Assembly (NCBI RefSeq): GCF_027921745.1 | Contig: NC_079239.1 | Coordinates: 558,001 to 622,000 of the forward strand | DNA from: Schizosaccharomyces osmophilus | Taxonomy: Eukaryota | DNA length: 64,000 nucleotides | Reading direction: 5' to 3' | Part shown: positions 27,528-39,124 of the stretch, piece by piece | Position numbering within the stretch: the stretch's first letter is position 1 | Layout: every line of letters begins with the position of its first letter | Notes under the pieces: generated by a model | What the model was told of the DNA's origin: nothing | The model's database searches: none | The model's input: only the letters and a program-made list of their open reading frames with translations | Made by a program: the position numbers and the translations under genes

Positions 27528-29318
27528 TTAGCGAATCATACGACTCACACCATCACTACGGCGATTGTTACGTCCACCTCGAACTGGAAGTTCAAAATCA
27601 GCGTTGCCGGATAACTGATCTAGAGTACTCGAAACTGGAGCCAAATTAGCAGGGTTCCGCATCTCCGCTTTACTCATATGTGGATGCATTGATGGACCAG
27701 AAAACGCAGACCCAAGACTAACTTGTGAAAGATTCGGAGATCTCTCCATTGTATTCCTAGCAGGTTTCTGAACAGATCGCTTCTCAAATGCACGAGGGAC
27801 ACCGGTAGTGCTAGCAGAAGGAATGCTAGACAAGTCATTAAACGAACCATTCATGGACGCAGGTTTTCTGCTGCGCTGAGCATTTGGCTGTATGGGTTCA
27901 GATTGTGGATTTGTGGTCAACTTTTCTCTAGATAAATTCTTAACAGATTTCGTTACATTTCCGGATGTTGCGAGTTTCCGATTATTCCTGTTTCCAGGAT
28001 GAGAATCCTGTTTATCAATTGGAAAATCAGGTACGTGTGTTTGTTGTTTCGCTTTCGCTTCTGTAGGAAGTTTGGTATCCTTGGTATCTGAAACAGGAAT
28101 TGGATTGTTATTGACCTGAGGGGCAAATGGCCGAGTAACTCTTTGAGAGAAGGGATGTTCGTTAACCGGAGGAGAAGGCTGACCTTGAGTAGGTTCGGAT
28201 TCAGCTAATCTTAAATTAGGATTGACATCAAAGAACGAAGAATACGTGTCATCACTGCTGGTGGGACTAGAGTCAGACTTGGAGAATGGATCCGAACTAA
28301 GAAGAGGATTGTTGTCTTGCTTATTTGTGTTTACAGGTGGGAAACCGGGAGCTCTACCAGTTTTATGAGGAGAGTAATTCCTGTGTCCTTGCTCATGGGT
28401 TTGAGATCTTGCAAAGTTATTATTAGAATTTGGGGATGCAAACTTCGCGTAAGGGTTATCGTCATGACTAGAAGTCTTCAAAAGATTATCATGAGGAAGT
28501 GAGTTACCAGAGCGAGTGCGAATGGGGGTATTTGAGGAGAAGTTATTCTCGTGGACACTAGGAGACAAACGTTCCTTGAATGGAAAGTCACCTTGATCGG
28601 AATCGGAAGGAGGGCCCAATTCGGACGCCGACGTCAAAGCATCATTGAATTTCGGAAGTGTAGCGGGAACGTTAGTAAGCTTGTCATCCATTGTAAGGGG
28701 ATAATTATCCTTCTCTCTATAAGCAGAGAAGCTATCCACGGTGTCACTAGAAGTTTCCTCACTTTTCTTGTGCGTATGCATACGAGAAATGGAAACACTA
28801 CGAAAGCAAAGGCTCAAAATTGCAAGCAAATCGCTTCCGACTGCACCGGCAACAACATAAGATTGCCAAGTATTGTGGGGTAAAAACAGGGTAAGCTCAA
28901 CACCCAGGGCACAGCAAGTAACCAAGGCAGTGAGAAAGACAAACAAAATGTTGAAAATATTCAAAGCCTGTTTTACGACGAAAAAGGAAAGAAAGACGAG
29001 ACAGGCACTAAGAAAAGACATACCAGTGCCGATGATATGGGTAATAAGAACCTTGGAAAGGACATAGCGCTTGTCACCCTTGTAGTAAAATTCTTGAACC
29101 AAAGAATCGACGGAGTAGCCGAAGCTTGTATGGGAGCAAATTCGGCCATTGTCTGAGCAAACACCAAAAATACCCAACAAGTCTTTGTTCACCTTTGCCA
29201 GCATCATCTTGGAGGATAATTTGGAGGTAGCAGGTACAGAAACACTGCCAATAAGTAATAAAGCAGTAGAAATCAGAAGAAAAAGAATCGTAAGAAAAGC
29301 GAGAAGACCACGAACCAT
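27528..29318 (-). CDS. mac1: Membrane-anchored protein Mac1 (SUR7/PalI-like TM domain plus long disordered tail)
   Basis: Four hydrophobic segments with GIFGVC in the first ~175 aa and a Ser/Pro/Asn-rich tail; symbol from recalled synteny. Confidence 0.8.
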   Translation of the reverse strand: MVRGLLAFLTILFLLISTALLLIGSVSVPATSKLSSKMMLAKVNKDLLGIFGVCSDNGRICSHTSFGYSVDSLVQEFYYKGDKRYVLSKVLITHIIGTGMSFLSACLVFLSFFVVKQALNIFNILFVFLTALVTCCALGVELTLFLPHNTWQSYVVAGAVGSDLLAILSLCFRSVSISRMHTHKKSEETSSDTVDSFSAYREKDNYPLTMDDKLTNVPATLPKFNDALTSASELGPPSDSDQGDFPFKERLSPSVHENNFSSNTPIRTRSGNSLPHDNLLKTSSHDDNPYAKFASPNSNNNFARSQTHEQGHRNYSPHKTGRAPGFPPVNTNKQDNNPLLSSDPFSKSDSSPTSSDDTYSSFFDVNPNLRLAESEPTQGQPSPPVNEHPFSQRVTRPFAPQVNNNPIPVSDTKDTKLPTEAKAKQQTHVPDFPIDKQDSHPGNRNNRKLATSGNVTKSVKNLSREKLTTNPQSEPIQPNAQRSRKPASMNGSFNDLSSIPSASTTGVPRAFEKRSVQKPARNTMERSPNLSQVSLGSAFSGPSMHPHMSKAEMRNPANLAPVSSTLDQLSGNADFELPVRGGRNNRRSDGVSRMIR

Positions 29319-30655
29319 GATGAAAGAATTAAGGTACGGTAATTGAGGATAGAAAGAAGGGGCAGTGATGAGATGTCAAAAATCAAAAGAAAGCTTTTTC
29401 TTGACTAAAGAGAGTGTACCTTTTTTTATGGGATGGGAATCTAAAGACACAATAAATTTCCATCAACAAGAATATGCGTATTGAGCAATGAAGAGATAAG
29501 CTTCCAAATTAAGTAAAATACGGTCGAAGAGAATCTATACTTTCATGAATAAAGAACCGAATATATTACCAAAAGCAGTAGGATATAAAACACGACAAAT
29601 TACAATATTAGATAAATGTTCAATGAAAACCGCGTTCCCGAGTATACAAAACTAGATTACTCTATTATCCTTGGCAAATCCTGCAACAAATACTAGTTCA
29701 AATGAAATAATAATAAAAAATAAAATAAAGGATCGACTTTAAAGAAGTAAAACTGTAAAATATGCCGCCGAAAGGTGTTGGAGGAGGGTAGATGGTGAGA
29801 GTAAATAAACTACTTAATAGCATTTTAGGGTAGGTTTGATCTAAGCCACTGATAAACAACAACCTCGCCAAGCACGACCATTGTTTATATTATGACGGTC
29901 AATGTAAATAAATAAACAAAGGAGCGTCAAGATGATACAGGCTTTTACCCACAAGGGACCCCACTGTGTAATATAGACGATTTGGGGTTGGCAAATGATA
30001 CCAAAAGAATAGGTAGACTATGTTACATATGGAAAACAGTATTGGCAGTGTTACTTTTGAGGAAAACAAATGCAACTAAAAATCTGATCGTGAAAATATG
30101 TGAAAATTCGCATTTATATGACAGAGATGAGACATAAACGAAGAACAAACCGTAGGCCTGTTTTGACGAACCGGATTCAAGTAAAAGTTAGCAGAAGCGA
30201 CTTTTTTCAAAGAGTCATTTTCGTGGGAGGAATATGATAAATGACATGACAAACCAAGTAGGGAAAAGGGTGCTTCGTTTCTTATATAGTTTGAACGAAA
30301 AGACAGTTTTGATCATTAAAGATGGTCTTCTTTCTTAAAACCATTTCGATTTGTCCCGTTGTTTCATTAAACTTGTACCTATACCATATAATACCATACC
30401 ATATATGATCATGAATTCGAACGATTTCGACGTACGTCACGCACAGTTCTGAGAAAAGAATTATGGATGATGACTTAATAACTTCCTCCAAGCGCCTTTA
30501 TTTTTTTCTTTTTTCTTTTTTGTTGAAAATTAAGGGAAAGGTCTCTTTGATTCATTCTCAAAGTGAATACAGAACCAACGCTGTTTGTCGACGGTTCATC
30601 TTTCTGTTGTAAAACCGCCTGTATAAGGATTAGATAATTTACTTCTTGAAAAATT

Positions 30656-32364
30656 ATGACAGACTCTGGTTGTTCACAATCTGCTTCGCCTGTATGCGAC
30701 GCCAACGCAATTATCAATGTTGAAAGCATTCATCCTACAGTAAGCCTGTTGAAGGCATTGCCAGAATGCAATTTGGTGATAAAGGAGAAAGAAATAGAGA
30801 ACACCAAAAAGAAACCTGCCAAGTCCAGCTTCCCCTTGAAAAATCTCAAAGATTTGCTCCTTTCTGGAAGAGTTTACCATGATTATCAATTTAGACCGCG
30901 GAAATCCATTTTCGATCGCGTCACGACTCCACAAACGTTTTTGAAGAATGAATTTCGTGGATTTTACGTTCTCTTTTGGCTTTCTATGTTTGTCTGGATT
31001 GTCCAGTTGTATGCCAAAAGCTACTGGTTGCGGAACACCATTCTCGGATTACCGCTTGCCAGAATCGTCTTTCGTCAGTTCTTCGTTTTGTTTGGCTCTG
31101 ACTTTATCATGGTTTTTCTGACCTTGTTTTCCTTTGTCTTGCAATGGTGTATAGCAAAACGATACATTGCATGGTCCAACACCGGCTATATCATTCAACT
31201 CGTATGGCAAGGATGTTTCACATCGCTAGCTGCTTACTGGGTCGTACATCGGAAATTCCCAGTCATCCAATCACTCTTTTTTACTCTGCATTGCGCCGTT
31301 CTCGTTATGAAACAACACTCATACGCCCACCATCTGGGCTACCTAAGCACAGTTAGTGCTTTGCATGAAGCTTACGGCGATGTCTTAAAGGTTGTTCGAA
31401 GCAGTCTCAAAGACGATTCAAATGAGGCTGAATCAATCTCTTTTGAGTTGGAATACCCTGATCGCACGGAGCAAATTGACGCCATCAAAGCCGACGAGGT
31501 TGTTGCCCTGACCATGAAATACCTTGACCATTCACTATGGAGTGAAATTGGAAACGTCGTTTATCCAACCAACGTAACTCTTTTAAATTACATAGACTAT
31601 TTACTCATACCCTCCCTTGTCTATAGTTTGGAATTTCCCCGCGTATCCAAAATAAATTTAAAGTACTTGACGGTGAAAATCATTTCTACGTTCAGCGTCT
31701 TGTTTACTTGCTTGGCCCTCGTTGACTGGTACTTTCTACCTGCCGCTGAAAGTGTACAAGGCTTGGATTTTGTCACAAAGCTTCACCATGCTCCATTTTT
31801 AATGAGTAGACTTTTATTTCCTGCCGTAATTCTTTACTTGCTACTGTTCTACCTTACATTCGACGTCATCTTAAACGCCTTTGCTGAAATCACCAAATTC
31901 GCAGACAGGGACTTTTATGGTCCCTGGTGGAATACCGTCACTTGGGATGAATTCGCTCGACAGTGGAATAAACCCGTCCATGTTTTCTTGATGCGGCATG
32001 TATATCATTCTTCTAGGCAGATATTGAACAAGTCAATGGCTGTCGTCTTCACCTTTTTGTTGTCTGCTTTGGTTCATGAATTTGTAATGCTATTGGTTAC
32101 TAAAAAGCTTCGTTGCTATATTCTCTTTTTCCAAGTATGTAAATAACTTCGTCTGATCCAACATACTAACCTTATCTAGCTCTTGCAGTTGCCCCTGTAT
32201 GATTTATCTCAAATGTCTGCCTTCAAAAATAATGAATTACTTGGGAATCTGTTCTTTTGGATTGGAATTTTTACGTATGTTTAACTTTCTTTCAGTATCT
32301 GCTTTTAACTAACATGAATGACAGTGGCCCTTCGTTTATTTGTATTCTTTACATCGTGTTTTAA
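30656..32364 (+). CDS. are1: Sterol O-acyltransferase (MBOAT); exons 30656-32134, 32180-32274, 32325-32364
   Basis: MKQHSY, FADRDFYGPWWN, WNKPVHVFLMRHVY and SALVHE motifs; two canonical 3' introns. Confidence 0.93.
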
Positions 32365-33061
32365 AGGGAGTAAAACATATTCAATTCAACGATAGAAAAG
32401 GTAAAGATAAAAGGTTTCTCTAGACTATGTTAGATACTCCTCTATATTATGTGTTTCATGTTTTATGATATCTATGCATGGCAAGCTTTAAATGTGGTAA
32501 GGGTAACAACAACTCAATTACACAGAAACCCATTTTCTTTCTTATTTCAATTTAACTCGGGTTTCAATTGTTATAATTTATCTTCGTTAAAGTACAGGAG
32601 GCACTTTTGAATTCTTTTCTATCCACAGCCGCTTGCCTGAGCTTAACGCTCCTATTCATTCATTCTATCTAGCAAAAGCTAAGTATAATTATTCAGAAAC
32701 TTATAAAAGAATTGTAAACAATAAAATAGCACTATTTGGGCAATTATCATACTTAAAGTTCTTAGTAGTATGATAATATAGTAAAGAGAAAGAATAAGAC
32801 AATATTAAGATGAATCAGCGTACACAGATCTCTTTCCATTTGCTTCATATACCTTTGCATATACCCATAAAACACCATAGGTGCATTGGTTTTTGATTTT
32901 GTTTATTTTTTGCTCCAGGATTGAGATAAAAATTAGTTTGATTCTAAAAGCCAAGATATCGAGCGCCATTTGTGTTTAGCAAGTCTCCACATTTCCGTCA
33001 ACCGAAACATTTTTATTAATAGTATTTCTTCAGTAGTCTTATATTCTCTTCTTTACGAAAA

Positions 33062-33859
33062 ATGGACTCTTCTCAGAATTCGACCCAGTTAAGTTCACAA
33101 TCTTTATTCAATTCTGAACACTTAAAGTTCATTAATAAACAGCTCTCCCAATTGGGCCCTCATGATATTCTTCGTTGGAGTAGATGGACAATTCCACAAT
33201 TGTTTCAAACGTCTGCGTTGGGACTTTCCGGATTGGTGATTTTAGACATGCTGTCAAAGATGGAAGTCAAAGTTCCAATGATCTTCGTCGATACCTTGCA
33301 TCATTTCCAGGAAACTATGGATCTTTTGGACCAAGTAAAAAAGACATACCCTGAGGTTCCTGTTCATGTATATCATTGTGCTAAAGCAGCATCTGAAGAA
33401 GAGTTCGCAAAAAAATTTGGTGAAAAGCTTTGGGAAAAAGACGAAAACAAATATGATTTTTTGGTGAAGGTTGAGCCTGCCAACAGGGCTTATACCGATT
33501 TAGATGTACTCGCTGTTTTTACAGGTCGTCGTCGCAGCCAAGGAGGAGAACGTGGATCTTTGGACGTTGTGCAAGTTGATGGACCTGTCATCAAGATTAA
33601 TCCTTTGGCCAATTGGTCTTTTCAACAAGTCTATTCTTACATCAAGGAGAATAACGTTCCCTACAATGGGTTACTGGATAAAGGATACCGGTCTGTTGGT
33701 GACTACCATTCTACCCAACCTGTGAAAGAGGGTGAAGACGAGCGCGCAGGACGCTGGCGCGGTAAAGAAAAAACCGAATGTGGGTTGCATACACAAAGCA
33801 AATTTTCTCAGTACCTTGCAGAACTTGAAAAAAGAAAGAACGAAGGATCCAGCAACTAA
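33062..33859 (+). CDS. met16: PAPS reductase
   Basis: FVDTLHHF, TGRRRSQG, KINPLANW, GYRSVGD, ERAGRW and KTECGLH motifs. Confidence 0.97.
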   Translation: MDSSQNSTQLSSQSLFNSEHLKFINKQLSQLGPHDILRWSRWTIPQLFQTSALGLSGLVILDMLSKMEVKVPMIFVDTLHHFQETMDLLDQVKKTYPEVPVHVYHCAKAASEEEFAKKFGEKLWEKDENKYDFLVKVEPANRAYTDLDVLAVFTGRRRSQGGERGSLDVVQVDGPVIKINPLANWSFQQVYSYIKENNVPYNGLLDKGYRSVGDYHSTQPVKEGEDERAGRWRGKEKTECGLHTQSKFSQYLAELEKRKNEGSSN

Positions 33860-34243
33860 GAAAAAAATCCCAAAGACTATTCATATACCCAATTTTGGTA
33901 GGCGTACTTATGGTTTTAGTTTGGAATTATTTTGTTTCTTTAGACTGTTCTTTTTTTACTGACATATATAATTTGTAGCATATCATAATTTTTGAATCTA
34001 TTCATGTTGTTTTTTGCCAACTCATTTAGTCCCTGGGAATTGAAGCAATAAAAATATAAAGAAAAGAAGCGGTGTTTAGATCTATATATGATGAAAGATG
34101 AATAAACGACGCATATAATCGTATTTTCCATTTCTCATACGGTTCTCAAAACCAATTCCAAGTTTCTCCTTTCTATAGGTATTCTTAGTTCTGAGTTTGG
34201 CTCAGGCTCAGACAAGAACAAAACACAAAGAATCCCTATAGTC

Positions 34244-35427
34244 ATGTTTCGTAAGAAAAAGACAACTTCAATTCCAAAAGTCTATAATTTGGGAAATTCA
34301 TTAGAAGATTTGGGACTCCAAATAACTACAGATTATCGACTACGTAAACAGCACTCACCAGGTGAATTGTATGAGTTTTCTGTATCCAAAGACAAAGCGT
34401 ATAATGAACATTATTACCAAGCTGTTTTAGGTAATTGAAATTCACTGTTTCTTATATTAACATACATAAAAGAGCATATCTACAACTGGGCATTTACTGT
34501 TTGCATGCTTGAGGCCATTCCTATTTCTACAAGGGTTTACAAGAGGGATGAACCCTATGCATTCGTTTATACCACAAAAAACTGGAGTGAAAATACGAAA
34601 GGCTTGGTAGTAATTGTTCAATCTTTGTCGCATCCTTTAATTTGGTCCAACAGGAATGTTAGAGAACATGATTTGAGAGATGCAACTTTTGTAAACATGG
34701 TCTCTGAATGTGTAGATATGGGATATGCTGTCGCTATCTTTACACCTTCTGCTTTACTGTGGGATGCACACAAAAAAGTTCCAAGGGTTCGAATGAATCG
34801 GTTTTGAATTTTTGTTAACTATGGATAATAGACAATTTCTTCTTTTACCAGCACAGGAGAACACATTACGAAGCAAAATTATATCCCTTGTAAGTGATAT
34901 GAGCCAAGACTTTATGATCAGTCTTTAACTTTTATAGCCATCAGATCACCAGAGGATTATGTGGCTAAAGGATTGGATTATATCCTTTCGCAATCTCAGG
35001 CCTCAAAGATATATTACATTGGTGCCGAATATGGTTCTCAACTGCTAAATGTGTATTTAGACCAAAATTGGGAGGCATTATCGTCGAAAACAGCATCTGT
35101 CATCCTACTGCAGAACATTACCTCCAAGTTTGAGCTTAACAACCAAAATTTCTTAACTTACTTGTCAGAGGTTTGTGAATTTTTCGTTCCCAATCTATAT
35201 GAGAAGCATTAACATATTTCTAGGATTCTTGTAACTACCACCCATCGGATAAACCAAAGCAGGAATTGCTTGAAGATCTGACTGCAACTACAGGCTTGAA
35301 GACTTATTCATGCGGTACGTAATCAAAACAAGAAGAAAGCAACAACTCTAATACTTTAGGGGAATTTATTGAGCTTGTTTATGACGAAATTACGAACATT
35401 TTGCTTAAAAGAATGGATGATTACTGA
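34244..35427 (+). CDS. arb2: Argonaute-binding protein Arb2 (ARC complex); 6 exons (34244-34430, 34473-34786, 34832-34889, 34938-35170, 35224-35314, 35360-35427)
   Basis: Continuous ORF after hand splicing. MFRKKK start, SLEDLG, LVVIVQ and GYAVAIF resemble the Arb2/FAM172 hydrolase-like fold; recalled synteny. Confidence 0.8.
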
Positions 35428-35605
35428 ATCATGAATACTTCGTACAGATATAGTACGTACCTCTGCCAAGTTACTAAAACCATGTACTGTTTTATAAACT
35501 CTTGACTATGCAAATTTTATGATCAAATGTTAGTATCTATAGCAAAATTTTTTTCCAAATCCAATTTCCATATTAGCGTAATAAACCATATCCGAGCCTT
35601 AATTA

Positions 35606-37107
35606 TTACTTCTGAAGATACTTTTCCCATAACGCCTGATGTACACCTCTTAATTCTATAAACAGCCTTCTGGTTTCTTTGAGTTCCATCTCCGTAGATT
35701 CTGCTTTCGCGCGCCACCCAGATTCTGTATTATGAGTCTAAAGAAGCTGTTAGTACTTTGTGAAACTGCACGATACGATACATACCATTAATTCAGAACT
35801 GAGACATAGTGTATCAGGTGCTTGCATTAACTCTTCTATACCATCATCATGGATCATCATATTCACATCCGAATATAGGTAGTCGTCCGTGATCATGCGT
35901 TTTAAGACAGGAAACACGCTTTGAGCAGTAGGAATATAATTTACTTTATCAATCAAACACTTCAAGAATGTAACCGGAGAGGAATATTGAATTAGACGTC
36001 TCAAAACTTGACGGGATACAACATCCCAAACTAAAACAACACCATCTTTGTCGCCAGTGATAATTAAGGAAGCATCGAATGATAAAGTAATTGTTGTAAT
36101 GGGGGAAGTACTAGTCACTGTATGGGCATCCTTACTTTCATTAACATCCACTACTCTGCCCAATCCACCTATTGCCGAGGGAACAGAGGATGGAATAGTA
36201 GTATTCTTCGAGACATTAGAGTTATTCTCAGAAAGAGCAGTTGAACTTGTGTATAAGGGAATCCAAACAAGGCCCTTCTCGTTACCGACATATATTATAC
36301 GTTCTGCGGGATCAATCGTCATACAGGAAGGCATGCTATTGAGAGCGACTGTAGTCAAAAGGTTACCGGTACTAACATCCCAAACACGAACTGTGCTGTC
36401 TTCACTAGCTGTGTAAAGACGGCTGGATATGGAAGGACCAGGTCCATTGATTAAAGAGACAATAGCCCGCTTATGTCCAGAAAGGCTCTGAAAAGGTTTA
36501 ATTGCAGAGCCTCCTGTAACACCCGCCATATTTGACCGATCCGCCAATGAAGACATTAACCATATATTAATGTCTCCATCGTTTGAAGCTGTGTAAACCA
36601 ACATTCCATCGTTAGAAATAGAAACATGAGTTAAAGGTTGGTAATGAGCACGAAAAGCGTGGATCAAAGCTCCGGAAAGCACCGACCAAATGTAAAGGCT
36701 GCCTTTCTCAGTACCACCTACTAACCAAGAGTCGCATGGGCTGACGGCAGAAGAGATAATCGTTTCTGGGAGGATAATAGTCTGATCCAAATTTTCCTAT
36801 AAATTTCATGATTAGTCTTCGGATCACTGATTATACAGCTGGACGAAGTCCTTTACTGAACAATAATAAAAAACACTCTAAAACACCAACAAAACGGTCA
36901 AAAACTTACCTTTCCAAATCCATGTACATTTAATTGTGGCCTACGTCTTTGAAAGGATAACAAATGTGTTTTAGTAGAGCAAGCCGCTTGTGGAAATGGC
37001 GTACTTTGGCGAAACGTACGAAACGAAGTCCCAGTATGCAAGTTATGAGCGACTACATTGCTCGATTCATTTTCAGTTGCCGCGTAGCCTGATAATAAAA
37101 GCTCCAT
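35606..37107 (-). CDS. crb3: WD-repeat Rix1/IPI complex subunit Crb3 (Ipi3/WDR18); exons 37107-36910, 36796-35786, 35737-35606
   Basis: WD repeats (GSLYIW, AHYQP, TASEDSTVRVWD), C-terminal coiled coil and two canonical introns. Confidence 0.9.
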
Positions 37108-37783
37108 CAAGGATAGTCAAATGTTGGTTTTTTTTAAACGTGAATTTTTGGTATTCAGCTTGATTTCCAAATAAGGATATACAGTAAACTACGGTAAATA
37201 ATTTGAAGAAAAGCAATATGGTAATTCAAGGCAAAGAGGAGGGAGTTATTATCAAGAAATACATATGGAATAAAGTTACATTTCAATGATGAGTACTCGA
37301 TTGTTTGGCTTTCTTGTCTATGAATGCCAGGTCTAGTTTTGCCAAAGGCGTTTGACCATGTAAAATCGAAAGGTCTAAAAAGAAAATAATGAAATCATTG
37401 AATTTAGAATACTCGGCTTGAAAGAATTACCATAGTCGTTTAGTAGAAGTTAAGGGTCTAAGAGACTGTGTACCATCCAAAGTCTTTATATTCATTCTGA
37501 TCCTATGAAATATTAACCTAAAATAGAGAACTACACTTGTCAATAAATTAATCAAATTGAAGAATAACAAGGTATTAAAAGTGCCAGTTTCTAGTCATTG
37601 CCATTAGAATTACCAAAAGACGTAAATGCGACGTTAGGATGTAGCTTCTTCTTTCCTCCTCTATTTATATTTGTAGAGGAAGATTCAGAAATGCCCCGAG
37701 CACTTCACTTACTTACACATCTCATGAAAACCAGTTCGTTCAACCCATTCTGCCATAAACAAAATCAAGCGTTTTATGTACAC

Positions 37784-38212
37784 CTAGTCGGGTCTACGCG
37801 AAATGCGATGACGAGAATGACGCTGCCCATGTGCATAATGTCTCCTTTCTTGGGAACATGGAAGGTTCTCTTCATCCTCACAACTCTTGGATCGCTTTCG
37901 TGAGGGCGGAGGTGATATGTCGCTTCGTCGATTCAGTCTACCGCTGGGAGAAGGTGAAAGCTCACGTCGTCGTTGCTTTCCTTTTTCTGCTCTTCTGGAT
38001 CTTTCTTTAGCATCTTCACTTTTATTTTCCACGTTCGAGTTGTGAGATCGAACATTGCGCATCATATTGTTCAAAAAGTTTGTATTGGGCCGTAGCTTCT
38101 GAACATTCGAGGTCTGAGAGCTTGATTCTCCACTCTCATGTAACTTGTTTTTCTTTTGAGCTTCTAGCACTAATAATTTTGCGATATACTCGTCAAAAGT
38201 ATATCCGGTCAT
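37784..38212 (-). CDS. Small conserved fungal-type protein with Arg/Ser-rich tail, function unknown
   Basis: 142-aa ATG ORF; DEYIAKLL and RPNTNFLNNMMRNVRSHN look like conserved blocks; position matches recalled SPAC13G7.09c. Confidence 0.75.
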   Translation of the reverse strand: MTGYTFDEYIAKLLVLEAQKKNKLHESGESSSQTSNVQKLRPNTNFLNNMMRNVRSHNSNVENKSEDAKERSRRAEKGKQRRRELSPSPSGRLNRRSDISPPPSRKRSKSCEDEENLPCSQERRHYAHGQRHSRHRISRRPD

Positions 38213-38589
38213 ATTTCTCTAGAAATCCCACCTTCTAAAGAAAAAGCTTTTGCTTATAATAGAAAAAGAAATCCTAAACATCAAGAAATCATTCACAAGA
38301 TAACCCAAGTCTAATAATTCTAACTACTAACTGAACAAGAAAAAATGACTATGGCGTTGCGTTGGCTTCTTGTAGCATGGACTGAATATTTATCGATGGA
38401 AACGTTTTGCAAGCACTAGTCCTTTTCAAGGAAAATAATATAAAAAAATAAAACAATTATAACAAAATAAATTGGCAAGAACAACAAGGATGTCACTGAG
38501 AAGAGTCTTCTTTTCCAATGCCCTCTTTAGTAACTAAAGGGAAGTAAAGCGTAGATTAGGGACGAGCTCAAAATCCTTCACACTAGAAC

Positions 38590-38591
<2 letters not shown>

Positions 38592-38620
<29 letters not shown>
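38592..38620. repeat. Poly(dA:dT) tract, A29
   Basis: 29 consecutive A in the divergent promoter region upstream of teb1. Confidence 0.9.
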
Positions 38621-38623
<3 letters not shown>

Positions 38624-39124
38624 TTTCAGCCTGAAAAGTTAAGGAGACCATTCTTGATTTTTCATTTCATAGCATTGTTTACCACGTTGAACAATGCTAT
38701 GTACACGATTATGTTGACGCTGTGAAAAAGGTCTTCTGGTCCTATTTCTATGGTTTAAGAGAAAGGAATCGAAGCTTACTACTAGTTTTTCTGCTGGCTT
38801 CACCGTACCATGAAATGGCCCTTTGTTTACATTCGTTTGTTTATAAGAGAAACGTTTCCCACTACCATCTTGCTACTCTTTCTTTATTTAATTTGAATCT
38901 AATAAAAAAAACATAAACCAAATAATCGTTCCTTCCAACCTACAAACAGTAAAAAGCCAAAGGCAAATGGACCCCACATGGTACACCATGATGGGGGTCC
39001 ATAGTTGAATTGTAGCATACCTAGAAACTTAGCATCTGCCTTGATTATTTGCCATTCCTAATTTTAAGCTTTAAGTATCCATAGAATTTTGTTACATATA
39101 CCGTTAAAGGAGGTTGAATTGACC

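Noticed and set aside
38556..38561. Single TTAGGG upstream of teb1 (possible autoregulation)
   Set aside because: One hexamer is expected by chance; no tandem copies or full AACCCT box.
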